DNA of 64,000 nt from an uncultured delta proteobacterium (GTDB lineage Bacteria; Desulfobacterota; Binatia; UBA9968), in NCBI GenBank assembly GCA_963804165.1, contig CAWDPO010000033.1:43846-107845 (forward strand), given 5' to 3'. The translations under genes and the position numbers were made by a program. Numbering within the stretch: the stretch's first letter is position 1; each line of letters begins with the position of its first letter. Positions 40,277 through 50,819 of the stretch are shown one piece after another. Under the pieces are notes generated by a model. It was given only the letters and a program-made list of their open reading frames with translations. It ran no database searches and had not been told where the DNA came from.

Positions 40277-42014
40277 ATGGCTAAAACCGAGACACTGAGC
40301 CCTGTATCCGTCAGCCGTTCTTGGCTCCCCCCGATGGACGGCGGCACGGCGCTCATGGCCGTGCTGATCGGCTTTATGGGCTTCTACGTGCTCTACCCAT
40401 TGACCCTGATTGTCGTCAACAGTTTCAACACCGCGACGATCGCCGAACCGCCGGTCTACGGCCTCAAGGCCTGGCGCGAAGCATTCAGCGAGTATGGGAT
40501 CTGGCGCTCGCTGTGGAACAGCGTGAAGATCGGCATCGTGCTGCAAGTCGATCGCGCTACCGCTGGGAATTTTCATTTCTTGGTTGCTCGCGCGCACCAA
40601 TATCTTCTGCGCCAACGCGTTGGAGTTCGGCTTTTGGATTTCTTTCTTTCTGCCGGGGTTGGCGACCACGTTTGGTTGGATGCTGATGCTCGATCCGAGC
40701 ACCGGATTGATAAACTCGTGGTTGCGTCAGATACCGTTTTTAAGCGGGCTTAATTTCGACATTTACACCTTCGCGGGGATTATCTGGGTTCATTTGGTTA
40801 GCAACGGTATTTCCACCAAAGTGATGTTGATGACGCCGGCGTTCCGCCGCATGGACGCATCGATGGAAGAAGCGAGCCGGATGTCCGGCGCCAGCGCGCT
40901 CACGACGATGTTGCGAATCACCGTTCCAGCGATGACTCCGGTGATCGTTGTTGTTTTCTTACTCAGCGTGATCCGCATCTTCAGCAGCTTCGAGATCGAG
41001 CTGTTGCTCGGCGTGCCGTGGAGTTTTTATGTGTACTCGACAAAAATTGTCGATCTCGCGAGGCAGGAACCGCCGTTGGTGAATCAAGCGGCGGCGCTGG
41101 GGAGCATCATTCTGCTCTTTCTCGCCGCTTTTATTCCCCTCCAGCGCAGATTAATCACGCGCCGGCAATTCACGACCGTCACGGGGCAATTCAAACCGAA
41201 GATCATCGATCTTGGCGTGTGGCGTTACCCGGCGACGGCCTTTGTTGCTTTGGTTATTTTCGTCCTGGACGTTGTGCCGCTCTTGAGTGTCTTGGGCGGC
41301 AGCTTCATGACTCGGTTCGGCTTTTTCAATCTGCCGAAAACATGGACGCTGGAGTACTGGAGGATGGCGTTTAGCGATCCGCGTATTCTCCATGGCTTGC
41401 ATAATACGCTGATCGTCGCGGTCAGCGCCGGACTAGTCGGCGCTCTGGTTTTCTCTTTGATTGGTTACGTTCTGGTGCGGACCAAACTTCCCGGCCGCTC
41501 ATTGCTCGATACTATTTGCTGGCTGCCGTCGGCGATCCCCGGCGTGTTGGCCGGGCTTGGCTTATTGTGGATGTTTCTTGGCACGCCGTTTTTCCGGCCG
41601 TTTTACGGCACAATTTTTCTCCTGGTCATCGCTCAGGTTCTCGGCGGCATCACGCTGTCGACCCAAATACTCAAAGCTAATTTCGTCCAATTCGGAAAAG
41701 AGCTGGAGGAATCATCGCGCATGTCGGGCGCGGGCTTTTGGCGCACCTATTTTCGCATCGTGTTTCCGCTGATGGCGCAAACGATGGTGTTGGTGGGCGT
41801 GATTAAATTCATGTTCGCCGCGCAGCACAATTCGGCGATCATTCTTCTCGCGACTTCGGAAACCAGAACTTTGTCGCTGCTCGCCCTTGATCAGGTGGCG
41901 GCGGGATACCGCGAAGTCGCGAGCATTACCATCATCATGGTGACGTTACTCACGCTCGGGTTGGCCATCGTCGCGCGATCGTTCGGTCTTAAAGTCGGCA
42001 TTCGAGCGGATTGA
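40277..42014 (+). CDS. ABC transporter permease, FbpB/ThiP-type with two MetI-like domains (frameshift near 40549)
   Basis: Two EAA loops (MDASMEEASRMSGAS and GKELEESSRMSGAG) and multiple TM helices. Confidence 0.88.
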
Positions 42015-42107
42015 CGACAACTCGAAGAAGAAAATTGAAAGATTGGCCAATCCTCGGTCCTCGGTAGTAATTGAGGCATTTTCAGCGGTACGGCAAGGAT
42101 AGATCAC

Positions 42108-43223
42108 GTGAGCTTTTTACGCATTGAAAATCTCTACAAAACCTTCGACCGAGTGGTGGCGGTTAATCGCATCAATCTCGAGATCAAAGAAGGCGAGTTC
42201 TTTACCCTGCTCGGCTCCAGCGGTTGCGGCAAAACGACGACGCTGCGCATGGTCGGCGGACTGGAAAAACCCGACGGCGGCGCGATTTATCTTGCCGACC
42301 GTTGTCTGGTTTCCGACGCGCAAAAACTGTTCGTCAAACCGGAAAAGCGCGACATGGGCATGGTGTTTCAATCCTACGCGCTGTGGCCGCATATGACGGT
42401 CTATGAGAACGTCTCGTATCCGCTCAAACTTCGCGGCATGAAAGGCGCCGAAGCCAGCAACAAAGTCGCCAATGTTTTGGCGCTCGTCGGTCTTTCCGGA
42501 CTGGAAGAGCGGCCGGCGCCGGCACTGAGTGGCGGGCAACAGCAGCGAGTCGCGCTCGCCCGGGCGCTGGTATTTTCGCCCAAGGTCTTGTTGCTCGACG
42601 AACCGTTGAGCAATCTCGACGCCCAATTGCGCGAAGAAATGCGTCGCGAGCTCAAGGCCCTGCAGCAGCGGATCAACGTCACAGTGATATTCGTCACCCA
42701 CGACCAGATCGAAGCGCTGAGCCTATCCGATCGAATCGCGATTATGAAATTCGGCGTGCTCGAACAGGTCGGAACCCCGGAGGAGGTTTACTATACACCG
42801 GCGACGCCGTTCGTGCGTGACTTTTTGGGTAAGACGTTTCTTCTTTCTGGAAAGGTGGTTGGCGTTTCCGATCAGCACGTGCAAGTCGAAGTCCAAGGAG
42901 TCGGCGCATCTTCGCTCACGCTGCAACGGAATAATGTGATTTCATCCGCCAACGGATTCCCCACCATCGGCCAGTCCGCGATGGTCGCCATCCGGCCTGA
43001 AAAAATGATTCTCTCGGATCGCGGCTGTGAGGGACAGGGCAACGTCGTCGAAGGAACTTTGCAAGCGACGCAATTCCTCGGCGATCGTTACGAGTACACC
43101 GTGACTCTCGGCTCAGAAACCCGGGTGATCGTGTCGCCGGAAGCCAAGCTCCTCAAGCAGGGCGGCAAAGTTTTTCTCGAGCTCAAGCCCGAGGGCGTCA
43201 CTCTCTGGCCGCGCGAACCGTAA
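42108..43223 (+). CDS. ABC transporter ATPase, FbpC/PotA-type with C-terminal TOBE domain
   Basis: Walker A GSSGCGKTT, VFQSYALWPHMTV, LSGGQQQRVALARAL, LLLDEPLSNLD and FVTHDQ. Confidence 0.95.
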   Translation: MSFLRIENLYKTFDRVVAVNRINLEIKEGEFFTLLGSSGCGKTTTLRMVGGLEKPDGGAIYLADRCLVSDAQKLFVKPEKRDMGMVFQSYALWPHMTVYENVSYPLKLRGMKGAEASNKVANVLALVGLSGLEERPAPALSGGQQQRVALARALVFSPKVLLLDEPLSNLDAQLREEMRRELKALQQRINVTVIFVTHDQIEALSLSDRIAIMKFGVLEQVGTPEEVYYTPATPFVRDFLGKTFLLSGKVVGVSDQHVQVEVQGVGASSLTLQRNNVISSANGFPTIGQSAMVAIRPEKMILSDRGCEGQGNVVEGTLQATQFLGDRYEYTVTLGSETRVIVSPEAKLLKQGGKVFLELKPEGVTLWPREP

Positions 43224-43230
43224 TTCGAAC

Positions 43231-43275
43231 CGTTCAAGCCGTTCAAATCGTTCAAACAGTTCAAGCCGTTCGAAA
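43231..43275 (+). repeat. Five-copy 9-mer tandem array
   Basis: cgttcaagc cgttcaaat cgttcaaac agttcaagc cgttcgaaa. Confidence 0.8.
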
Positions 43276-43297
43276 ATTACAGTAAAAGGTTGCCATC

Positions 43298-44432
43298 ATG
43301 GCGATGTTGGTCATGCAACGCTTTCCCTGCGCGGTAGTTGGCGCATGGCTTTGTTTGTTTGCTAGCTCGTACCTATCCGCTGCCGAAACGAAAATCGATG
43401 CGGAGTGGTCGGGCACAGTTGCGGCTGCCAGGAAAGAGGGCAAAGTCAGCGTTTTTCTTTACCAGCGGGAGAACATCGAGGCGGCGGTTAAAGCCTTCGA
43501 GAAAAAATTTCCCGATATTCAGGTCATCACAGCGAGTACGTCCGCGGCGGAGACGGGACCGCGCCTGATGGCGGAACGGCGCGCCGGCAAGTTTCTCTGG
43601 GATGTTTGTTTGTGCGGACCGACGACTCCGTTCGTAGCGCTTTACCCGGCCAAAGCTTTGGATCCGATCAAGCCGGCGTTGCTGCTGCCGGAAGTGACCG
43701 ACGCGACGAAATGGTGGGAAGGCAAGCATCAATATATGGATCCGGAAGGAAGCCATATCTTCGTATTTCATCGGCAGCGTCGATATGCCCAATCTCTTCT
43801 ATAGTAAAAATGGAGTCGACCCCAACGAATTCAAATCCTACTGGGACGTGATCAAAGCAAAATGGCGCGGCAAAATCGTCGCCGTGGACCCGCGCCAGCC
43901 CGGCCGGCCGCGGGTCGGCACACGCGTCCTTTACAATATTCCCGATCTCGGAGAAAAATTTTTGACCCGGCTGTTCTTGGAAATGGACATTGTCCTTAGC
44001 CGCGATGACCGCCAAGCGCTGGACTGGCTCGCGGTGGGAAAGTACGCGCTCTGTTTATTTTGCGGCAATATCGAAGCGGCGCGAGCGCAGGGTTTGCCCG
44101 TCGAGGAGTTTGAAACCTATCGCTGGAAAGAGACTCCGGCGATCTCCTCGGGCAGCAACGGTTCGATCGCGCTGATGAATCAGGCGCCGCATCCCAATGC
44201 CGCGCGGGTGTTTATTAATTGGCTATTATCGCGCGACGGCCAGGTCTCGTTTCAAAAGATCATGAATTCCGCCGACCTGTTGGTGGAATCGATGCGCGTC
44301 GATATCGCCAAAGATCCCATTCCCATGCCGCAGCGACGAGTGGGGGGAGTGAAGTACATCATCATGGATACTGCGGAGCGAAGCAATCAAGAGCCGGTGA
44401 ATAAGCTGTTGAAAGAGATCATCAAGAAATGA
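43298..44432 (+). CDS. AfuA/FbpA-fold solute-binding protein, paralog 12 (CLFC; frameshift near 43768)
   Basis: ORFs 43298-43804 and 43785-44432 are the N- and C-terminal halves of the family. Confidence 0.82.
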
Positions 44433-44518
44433 TCGACGCAGAGACCAAGTTCTTAGTGAGATGGGGACGTATCGTTCGCACCCAGATAGTCCTCTCCCCT
44501 CGAGCGGCTGTGCGCTGA

Positions 44519-44602
44519 TGTCATTCTGAGCGTAAGCGAAGAATCTCGCTTTTCCTGCTGTCGACGAAGGCGAGATCCTTCGCCTATTGGCTCAGGATGA
44601 CA
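44519..44602. repeat. REP family A doublet (in a degenerate copy of the 32299 composite)
   Basis: tgtcattctgagcgtaagcgaagaatctc ... gagatccttcgcctattggctcaggatgaca. Confidence 0.85.
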
Positions 44603-44656
44603 TCTATCTATGGAGTCTTGGGGTTGCGACAGAGACTTCCGTGGTGAGAAAAACAT

Positions 44657-45781
44657 ATGATCACGCGTATTCTGATTATTCCTCTTTTTGCTCTCTTGGG
44701 TTCGGTCTCCGCGGCGCCTGCCGCCCAGTTAAGTGTCGCTGCTGCCGCATGGCAAACCGAGTGGGAGCGCACGGTCAAAGCGGCGGAGCAGGAGGGCGAA
44801 GTCTCCTATTACACGGTCGGTGAGTTTAACTTTCTGACCGAGTTCGAAAAGAAATTCCCGCGCATCAAAATCAAAGTCGTGCAGGGTAGAGGCAACGAGC
44901 TGCTGGTGCGCATCATGACCGAGCGACGCGCCGGGAAATACCTCGCCGACGTGGCGCGCATCGGCAACACTTCGCCTTACGCGCTGTATCAGGCTAAAAC
45001 GCTGCAGCCCATCGCCGGCGCATTCATTTTGCCGGAAGTCAAAGACGAGTCGAAATGGTGGTCGGGGAAACATCAATACGTCGATGCCGAAGGCAGATAC
45101 ATCTTCGTTCCGGTCGGCAGCGTCTCGGTGAATATGGTCGCGCACAACAGCGAGCTGGTGGCGCCGGCGGAACTCAGCTCGTTTTGGGATCTCTTGCAGG
45201 AGCGATGGCGCGGCAAGATCGTCGTCATCGACCCGCGCGCCAGCGGCTACGGCAGGAGCGGTGCGCGCACGGCTTACTATCATCCGCAACTGGGCGAAGA
45301 GTTTTTGCGCCGGTTATTTAGTCAACAAGTCGTGATGATATCGCGGGATTACCGCCAGGCGATCGATTGGGTGGCGCAGCGGCGCTTTTCGATCCTGCTA
45401 TTCGGCAACGGCGACGATGTCCTGCAGGCGAAAGCGCGGGGCTTGCCGGTCGACGTCTTCGATAACGCTTCCTGGAAAGAGGGAGGCGCGTTGGAACCGG
45501 GCGCGTTCACATTTGCATGGTTGGATCGATCACCGCACCCCAATGCGGCCAAGGTTTTCATCAACTGGCTGCTCTCACGCGATGGGCAAATGGCGGTTCA
45601 GCGCGATGGGCAGATTCACGACTCGCTGCGCGTGGATATTCCAAAAAACGAGCTGCGCCCGATGGCCCGACGCAAAGAAGGAGCGAAATATATGGTGACA
45701 TGGAAGGCGGAGTGGATGGACGCCGAGCCCATGCAAAAAGTAGTGAGCCAGGCGCTGGCAAAGAGTGCCAAGAAGCCATAA
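44657..45781 (+). CDS. AfuA/FbpA-fold solute-binding protein, paralog 13
   Basis: WQTEWERTVKAAEQEG, GNTSPY (as in paralog 11) and SPHPNAAKVFINWLLSRDGQ. Confidence 0.85.
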   Translation: MITRILIIPLFALLGSVSAAPAAQLSVAAAAWQTEWERTVKAAEQEGEVSYYTVGEFNFLTEFEKKFPRIKIKVVQGRGNELLVRIMTERRAGKYLADVARIGNTSPYALYQAKTLQPIAGAFILPEVKDESKWWSGKHQYVDAEGRYIFVPVGSVSVNMVAHNSELVAPAELSSFWDLLQERWRGKIVVIDPRASGYGRSGARTAYYHPQLGEEFLRRLFSQQVVMISRDYRQAIDWVAQRRFSILLFGNGDDVLQAKARGLPVDVFDNASWKEGGALEPGAFTFAWLDRSPHPNAAKVFINWLLSRDGQMAVQRDGQIHDSLRVDIPKNELRPMARRKEGAKYMVTWKAEWMDAEPMQKVVSQALAKSAKKP

Positions 45782-45818
45782 CTTGTCGTCATAGGCGATC
45801 ACGAAACGGGAGTAGAGC

Positions 45819-47057
45819 ATGATCAGCAAAGAAGACAACGAACGCCTCACCCAGGTCAAAGCGGGCACGCCGGTGGGAGATCTGTTGCGCCGTTATTGGT
45901 ATCCGATAGCGGCGGTTTCGGAACTGGCGCGTCATCCGACCAAGTTCGTCAAGGCTCTCGGCGAAGAATTGGTGTTATTTAAAGACACGCAAGGAAGGCT
46001 GGGTCTGATCGACGCCCACTGCCCGCATCGCCGGGCGAATTTGGCTTACGGCATGGCGGAAGAAGATGGTTTGCGTTGCGCTTATCATGGCTGGAAATTC
46101 GATCGCACCGGGCGCTGCTTGGAGCAGCCATTTGAAGAAACCGTCAAGCCCGGCGGCTTCAAAGACAAAATTCAACTGGCGAACTATGCCGTCGAAGAAT
46201 TGGGCGGCATGATCTTCGCCTATCTCGGGCCCAAACCGGCGCCCCTCGTGCCACACTGGGATTTGCTCGTCGAAGACAATTTCTGGCGCGAAGTCGGTTA
46301 CACGATGACTGCCGCCAACTGGCTACAGACCGTCGAGAATATTATGGATCCCGTGCACGTCGAATGGTTGCACGGTGTGTTTCGCAATTACGCCGCCGAG
46401 CGGACGGGAAACGCCGACTTGAAACGCAAACGCGTGCGCCACCAGAAAATCGGTTTCGATTTGGCCGAGTACGGCATTATCAAACGGCGCATTCTGGAAG
46501 GTGAGAGCGAAGAATCCGACGATTGGAAGGTCGGTCACTGGCTAGTTTTCCCGACGATTCAAAAAGGGCCCGATATGCTGCGCTTTCGCGTGCCGGTGGA
46601 CGAGACCCACACGGCGCAATGGTATTACTCGATCCATCCATTCGGCGAAGGTGAGGGACAAACGGCGGAGGAAATGCCGCTGTATCATATGCCGTCGCCC
46701 GAGCTCGACCGCCACGGACAGCCGCAGTTTCAATTCCTCAATAACGACGTCGATCCGCAGGACAACGCCATCTTTGTTTCGCAGGGAGCGGTTTACGACC
46801 GCACGAAGGAGCTCCTCGGCGAGTCCGATCACGGTGTCGTGCTTTACCGCCACCTCCTCGACAATCAGATTAAAATTATCGCCGCGGGTAAAGATCCGAT
46901 GAATACCTTTCGCGATCCGGCGAAGAATATCCGCATCGACCTGCCGACGGAGAGCAGAGATAGATTTCTGACGGGACGGATGGGCGCGCAAGGAATGCGG
47001 CGGCGCTATTCGCAACGCTTTAAACCGCTCGGCGATAAAGACAAGCTGCTGCCCTGA
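45819..47057 (+). CDS. Rieske oxygenase alpha subunit
   Basis: CPH...CAYH, ENIMDPVHVEWLH and QDNAIFVSQG. Closest to 37582-38829. Confidence 0.92.
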   Translation: MISKEDNERLTQVKAGTPVGDLLRRYWYPIAAVSELARHPTKFVKALGEELVLFKDTQGRLGLIDAHCPHRRANLAYGMAEEDGLRCAYHGWKFDRTGRCLEQPFEETVKPGGFKDKIQLANYAVEELGGMIFAYLGPKPAPLVPHWDLLVEDNFWREVGYTMTAANWLQTVENIMDPVHVEWLHGVFRNYAAERTGNADLKRKRVRHQKIGFDLAEYGIIKRRILEGESEESDDWKVGHWLVFPTIQKGPDMLRFRVPVDETHTAQWYYSIHPFGEGEGQTAEEMPLYHMPSPELDRHGQPQFQFLNNDVDPQDNAIFVSQGAVYDRTKELLGESDHGVVLYRHLLDNQIKIIAAGKDPMNTFRDPAKNIRIDLPTESRDRFLTGRMGAQGMRRRYSQRFKPLGDKDKLLP

Positions 47058-47282
47058 CGGGTAATTTTGGGATGTTGAGTTTCTAGTTCCGGCTTGATGA
47101 AGATTCGAAAATACTGTGCTGCATTCCTTCTTCAGCCGCTGATTTTTCGCGTTAATCTGTCTGGCCGATGATTGGGGCCCTTGTCACCGATGCCGCGCTA
47201 GCGCCAGAAGTCGTAGTCACGATGCACCGGTCTCAAATTGCGATTCTCCAGACCGACAATACGCATTATCTTTGGTGTTCCG

Positions 47283-48530
47283 TTAATTTTCGTCCCAGCG
47301 AAATTTCGGAATTGCCGGAACTTTAAACGCTGTGATCAAAGTGACTGCGGATACCACCAAGCCGCCTAAGACCGTTGCCGCCGGCGCGCCGATCAAGGGA
47401 ATGATCAGGCCGGATTGAACTTGCCCGAGAGGATGGAGGCCGCGGTTGCTCAACTGAAAAACTCCCATCACCCGGCCGCGAAAACTATCGGGTGTGGTCA
47501 TCTGAAGAATAGTGCCGCGCGATGCGCCCCAAATGGTGTCTGTGGCGCCGACAAATGCCATGAGCAAGAGCGACAACAAGAACGACTGCGAAATACCGAA
47601 AAGGGCAAAAGCGCCGCCATAGAGGATCGCCGAGACAAAAAGAATTTTGCCCTGATGCGGGCGCTGCCCGATGCCGATATAAAAACTCGAGCCGATGACG
47701 GCGCCGAGGCCACGCGCGGATTGAAGAAGTCCGAAGCCGTGAGCGCCGACGCGCAAAACGTCACTGGCGAAAATGGTCAACATCGTGTGGTTTAGGCCGA
47801 ATAATGACGCCACCGCTTCCATTACCATCACGCCGAGGACGATAGGCCGCGAGACGATATAGGAAAAGCCCTCGGTAGTTTCGCTGAGCAGGCTGCGCTG
47901 CTTGGAGTTGCCCTTGGGAATTACACGCATCATCAAGATGGCGCAGACGACGACAACATAGGTCGCGGCATTGGCGTAAAAAGCGCCCGCCGTTCCCATC
48001 CAACTGATCGCAACTCCGGCGAGAAACGGACCCACGAGCGCCGATCCCTTCCACAATAGAGAATTGAGCGCCACCGCGTTCGGCAAGACGGCGCGCGGGA
48101 CTAAATTTGGAAACAGCGCCTGGCGCGCCGGCCCATCCAAGGATCCCACAGAAGCATTTAGGAATGTGAACGTATAGATATGCCACGGTTCAATACGGCC
48201 GGAATGATCCAAAACGCCAAGACCGAAGGCCAATAGTCCGGAGGCCACTTCACTCCAGAGCATGAGCTTGCGGCGATCGTAACGATCGGCGAAGGTCCCA
48301 CTGATGACGCCGAGACCGATGGCTGGAACCGCGCGGAAGATTCCATTCAAGCCCAGCAAGACGGGCGAACCGGTGAGCTGGTACAGAAGCCAGTTCGTCG
48401 CAGTCATCTGCATCCAGGTGCCGATGTTGGAAACTAATAGGCCGGTCCAGAAGAGGCGAAAATCGCGGTAGCGCAACGCCGCGAGGCGTCCTACGGCTTG
48501 TGGGTCGGGATCGTTAGCTTCGGTGGTCAT
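47283..48530 (-). CDS. MFS transporter (MFS_3/EntS-like)
   Basis: ALRYRDFRLFW.G..VSNIGTWMQ, GTFADRYDRRK, PARQAL and FRGRVMG; about 12 TM segments. Confidence 0.88.
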   Translation of the reverse strand: MTTEANDPDPQAVGRLAALRYRDFRLFWTGLLVSNIGTWMQMTATNWLLYQLTGSPVLLGLNGIFRAVPAIGLGVISGTFADRYDRRKLMLWSEVASGLLAFGLGVLDHSGRIEPWHIYTFTFLNASVGSLDGPARQALFPNLVPRAVLPNAVALNSLLWKGSALVGPFLAGVAISWMGTAGAFYANAATYVVVVCAILMMRVIPKGNSKQRSLLSETTEGFSYIVSRPIVLGVMVMEAVASLFGLNHTMLTIFASDVLRVGAHGFGLLQSARGLGAVIGSSFYIGIGQRPHQGKILFVSAILYGGAFALFGISQSFLLSLLLMAFVGATDTIWGASRGTILQMTTPDSFRGRVMGVFQLSNRGLHPLGQVQSGLIIPLIGAPAATVLGGLVVSAVTLITAFKVPAIPKFRWDEN

Positions 48531-48641
48531 TAAAAAAACTCAAGCCAACCCTCATCCTTCCTCATAAGAGAGAAGAAAGAGAAAAAGATATCTTGCTGCT
48601 TGATGGCGGCGGGGTCGATTTGAAACGAATGCAACGATTGC

Positions 48642-49546
48642 TCAGTTTAAATCCCAGTGTGCAAAACCCATGGCGCAGCCGACACCGGTGCTTGTGCGAT
48701 AGAGCGGCTGATAGTCGATCATCGTACCGGGTCGATTGGCCGCCGCGGCGGTGACGATCCAATTGCGGATTTCCGAAGTGCCTTCGACCAAAATTTCGGC
48801 GGGCATAGCGCTCATGCTATTTTAGATCGTTTTGCCGGAGTGCCTGGATGAAATCCTGATCCAGCTTTTCATCGATCTTGGTATGGCTGAGGCCGCCGGA
48901 GCCGACGATGACGACGCGTTCGTCGCCGGGTATTTGTCGTAACACTTGCGCGAGCGCGCGGCCGAAGTGCGCGCAGCGCTTCGCCGACGGCGCCGGCGGA
49001 TAGTAGGTGTTGACCATCACGGGAACTACGGCGTGCTTGGCCTGCGGGCTCACGAACTTGAGCACGCGCGCGAAGGCGTGGCCGAGCCCGCCGTCGTAGC
49101 GGGTTTTCTTGGAATAAGACGGATCGAAGCCTTCATCCATCAGGCCGTTCACAAGGCCTTCGGCGAGGTTGGCGTCGACGCGATACTTGGTGCGATTTTC
49201 CGACTTGGGCTGATTCAAATAGCGCAGGCTGAGGCTCGCTTCGACTTCCTCGCCCATGAAGATCGTAAACGGCGGCATGTTGTCGTCGACGAGATTTTCA
49301 TGCTGATCGTCGCCGACGACAACGAGAACGTCGGGATCAAAAGCTGCGATCTTTTCCCGCAGCTTGCCAATCGCCTCCATGCAGCCGTTCCATTTGGCCC
49401 ATTTGACTTCCAGAGTTTCCTTCTCCAGTCCCGGCTTATCAGGCAGGTGCTCGCTCTGCGCGCGTATTCAACAGATGCCAGTTGTCGGGATTGAGCATCA
49501 ACTGCGGCGCGTGCGACATGGCCGCGCAGCCGACTAGATTTGCCAT
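48642..49546 (-). CDS. LigB/MhpB-type (class III) extradiol ring-cleavage dioxygenase (two frameshifts, near 49452 and 48818)
   Basis: N-terminal AMSHAPQL; VVGDDQHEN, GHAF and GSGGLSH; the C-terminal GTSEIRNWI...PLYRTSTGVGCAMGFAHW is read in a shifted frame. Confidence 0.85.
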
Positions 49547-49608
49547 AGGTTTTTTCGTTCCGAGTTCAACGTTCAAAGTTCAAGGTTTGTCTCCCGCATG
49601 TGACCGGC

Positions 49609-50653
49609 CTACGCGCGCGCGGCTTTCATATCGGAAAGCTCCGGCACCGATAGGTTCAGCTTGAACCAGCTGCTGCCGCTGTCGTCGCTGCCGAACAGAT
49701 CGCCATTTCGCTGCGCGGCGTACATGCAATCGGCGTTGGCCGGATCGAAGGCGAAGCTTTCGACGAAACTCCGGTTCGCTTGGGACACCGCGCCGTCGAG
49801 TTTTTTCCAGCTTTGGCCGCTGTCGGTGGATTGAATGAGAAACGCTTCGGCGCCGGTGTTGCGCTTGCGCCATTGCCCGGGCTGGCCGTTGGCGACGGCG
49901 GAATAAAGCACGTTGTGCTTCTTTGGATGAATCGTCAGCGGCACCGAGTATTCTTCTTTGAACTCCATGGCCATCGGCGCCCAGTTTTTGCCGCCGTCGC
50001 TGCTGGAATAAAGCGCGCGGCCCGGGGCTTTACCCGCCCGGCAGTCGTGGCCGCCGGTGGCGATGAAAATTTTGTTGCTGTCTTCGGGATGGAGCACGAT
50101 GGTGTGCACGTCGCAGTCGAGGTTCTTGTTGAGCAGCTCCCAATTCTTGCCGCCGTCCGTGGTCTTGAGCATGTAGCCGACTTGCAGCGCCACGTACATA
50201 GTTTTCGGATCTTTGGGGTCGATGGTGATGTCGCGCACGTGCGGCTCGACGGTGGCGACAGGATAAGTGATCGTCGATACCCAGGGAATATTCCAAACCG
50301 AATCGAGGCGCTCCCAGCTCTTCGCTTCATCGCGGCTGACAAAGACATCGATGGGTTCGGTCCCGGCGTAGAGCGTGTTGGCATCGTGCGGATCGAAGGT
50401 CAAGCAACGCACTTTGCCCGGGCCGCGTTTGCCGTAGCAGGGCTTTTTCCAGCTCGCGCCGAAATCTTCGCTGACCCAGACGCCGTCGCCGCGCGTTCCG
50501 GCGAAAACTTTGTTCGGCGCATTCGGCGAAACCGCGACTTCCGGAATCTGCCCAATCTTTTAGCCCGTGATGTTCTTGTTTCCAGCTGTGGCCGTCTTCG
50601 CTCTTGAGCGTGACCACGCCTTCATCCGTCGCAACGTAAAGGATCGATGCCAT
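49609..50653 (-). CDS. BNR/Asp-box beta-propeller protein, no signal peptide (frameshift near 50548)
   Basis: Repeated S-x-D-x-G-x-x-W boxes (SEDGHSW, TTDGGKNW, SSDGGKNW, STDSGQSW, SDDSGSSW). Confidence 0.8.
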
Positions 50654-50819
50654 GGCTTTTTCCTCCCGTGTTTATTGATGGGTCAATATCTACTACAGAA
50701 CTATTGGGGCGACAAGGCGAAGAGAACTGCTGATCGTTGCTCACGCCGTTCCGCCACCAATATATGCACGGCCTTCGCGGATTTTAATATCGCTAAATGT
50801 TGCAGGTCTGCTGAGGTTT

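Noticed and set aside
40277-43223. Naming the transporter fbpBC (ferric iron uptake)
   Set aside because: Only fold-level similarity is seen. The associated SBPs lack evident ferric ligands and the context is aromatic catabolism.
43231-43275. CRISPR array from the short repeats here and at 18690 and 38829
   Set aside because: The units are 7-9 bp tandem copies without unique spacers, and no cas genes are present.
8798-44432. c-type cytochrome motifs in the SBPs
   Set aside because: No CxxC is followed by His, so there is no CxxCH.
6363-45781. Diversity-generating retroelement or gene-conversion cassette system behind SBP diversity
   Set aside because: No reverse transcriptase or template/variable repeat pair is visible. 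The paralogs are full genes that diverge at synonymous sites throughout.
1-47057. Integron-like cassette array (co-directional genes separated by palindromes)
   Set aside because: There is no integrase. The spacers belong to several unrelated repeat families without a recognisable attC RYYYAAC/GTTRRRY frame, and several genes overlap directly.
47058-47282. Possible gene remnant on the minus strand (MRIVGLENRNLRPVHRDYDFWR*)
   Set aside because: It is too short and I cannot assign it to a family without a search.
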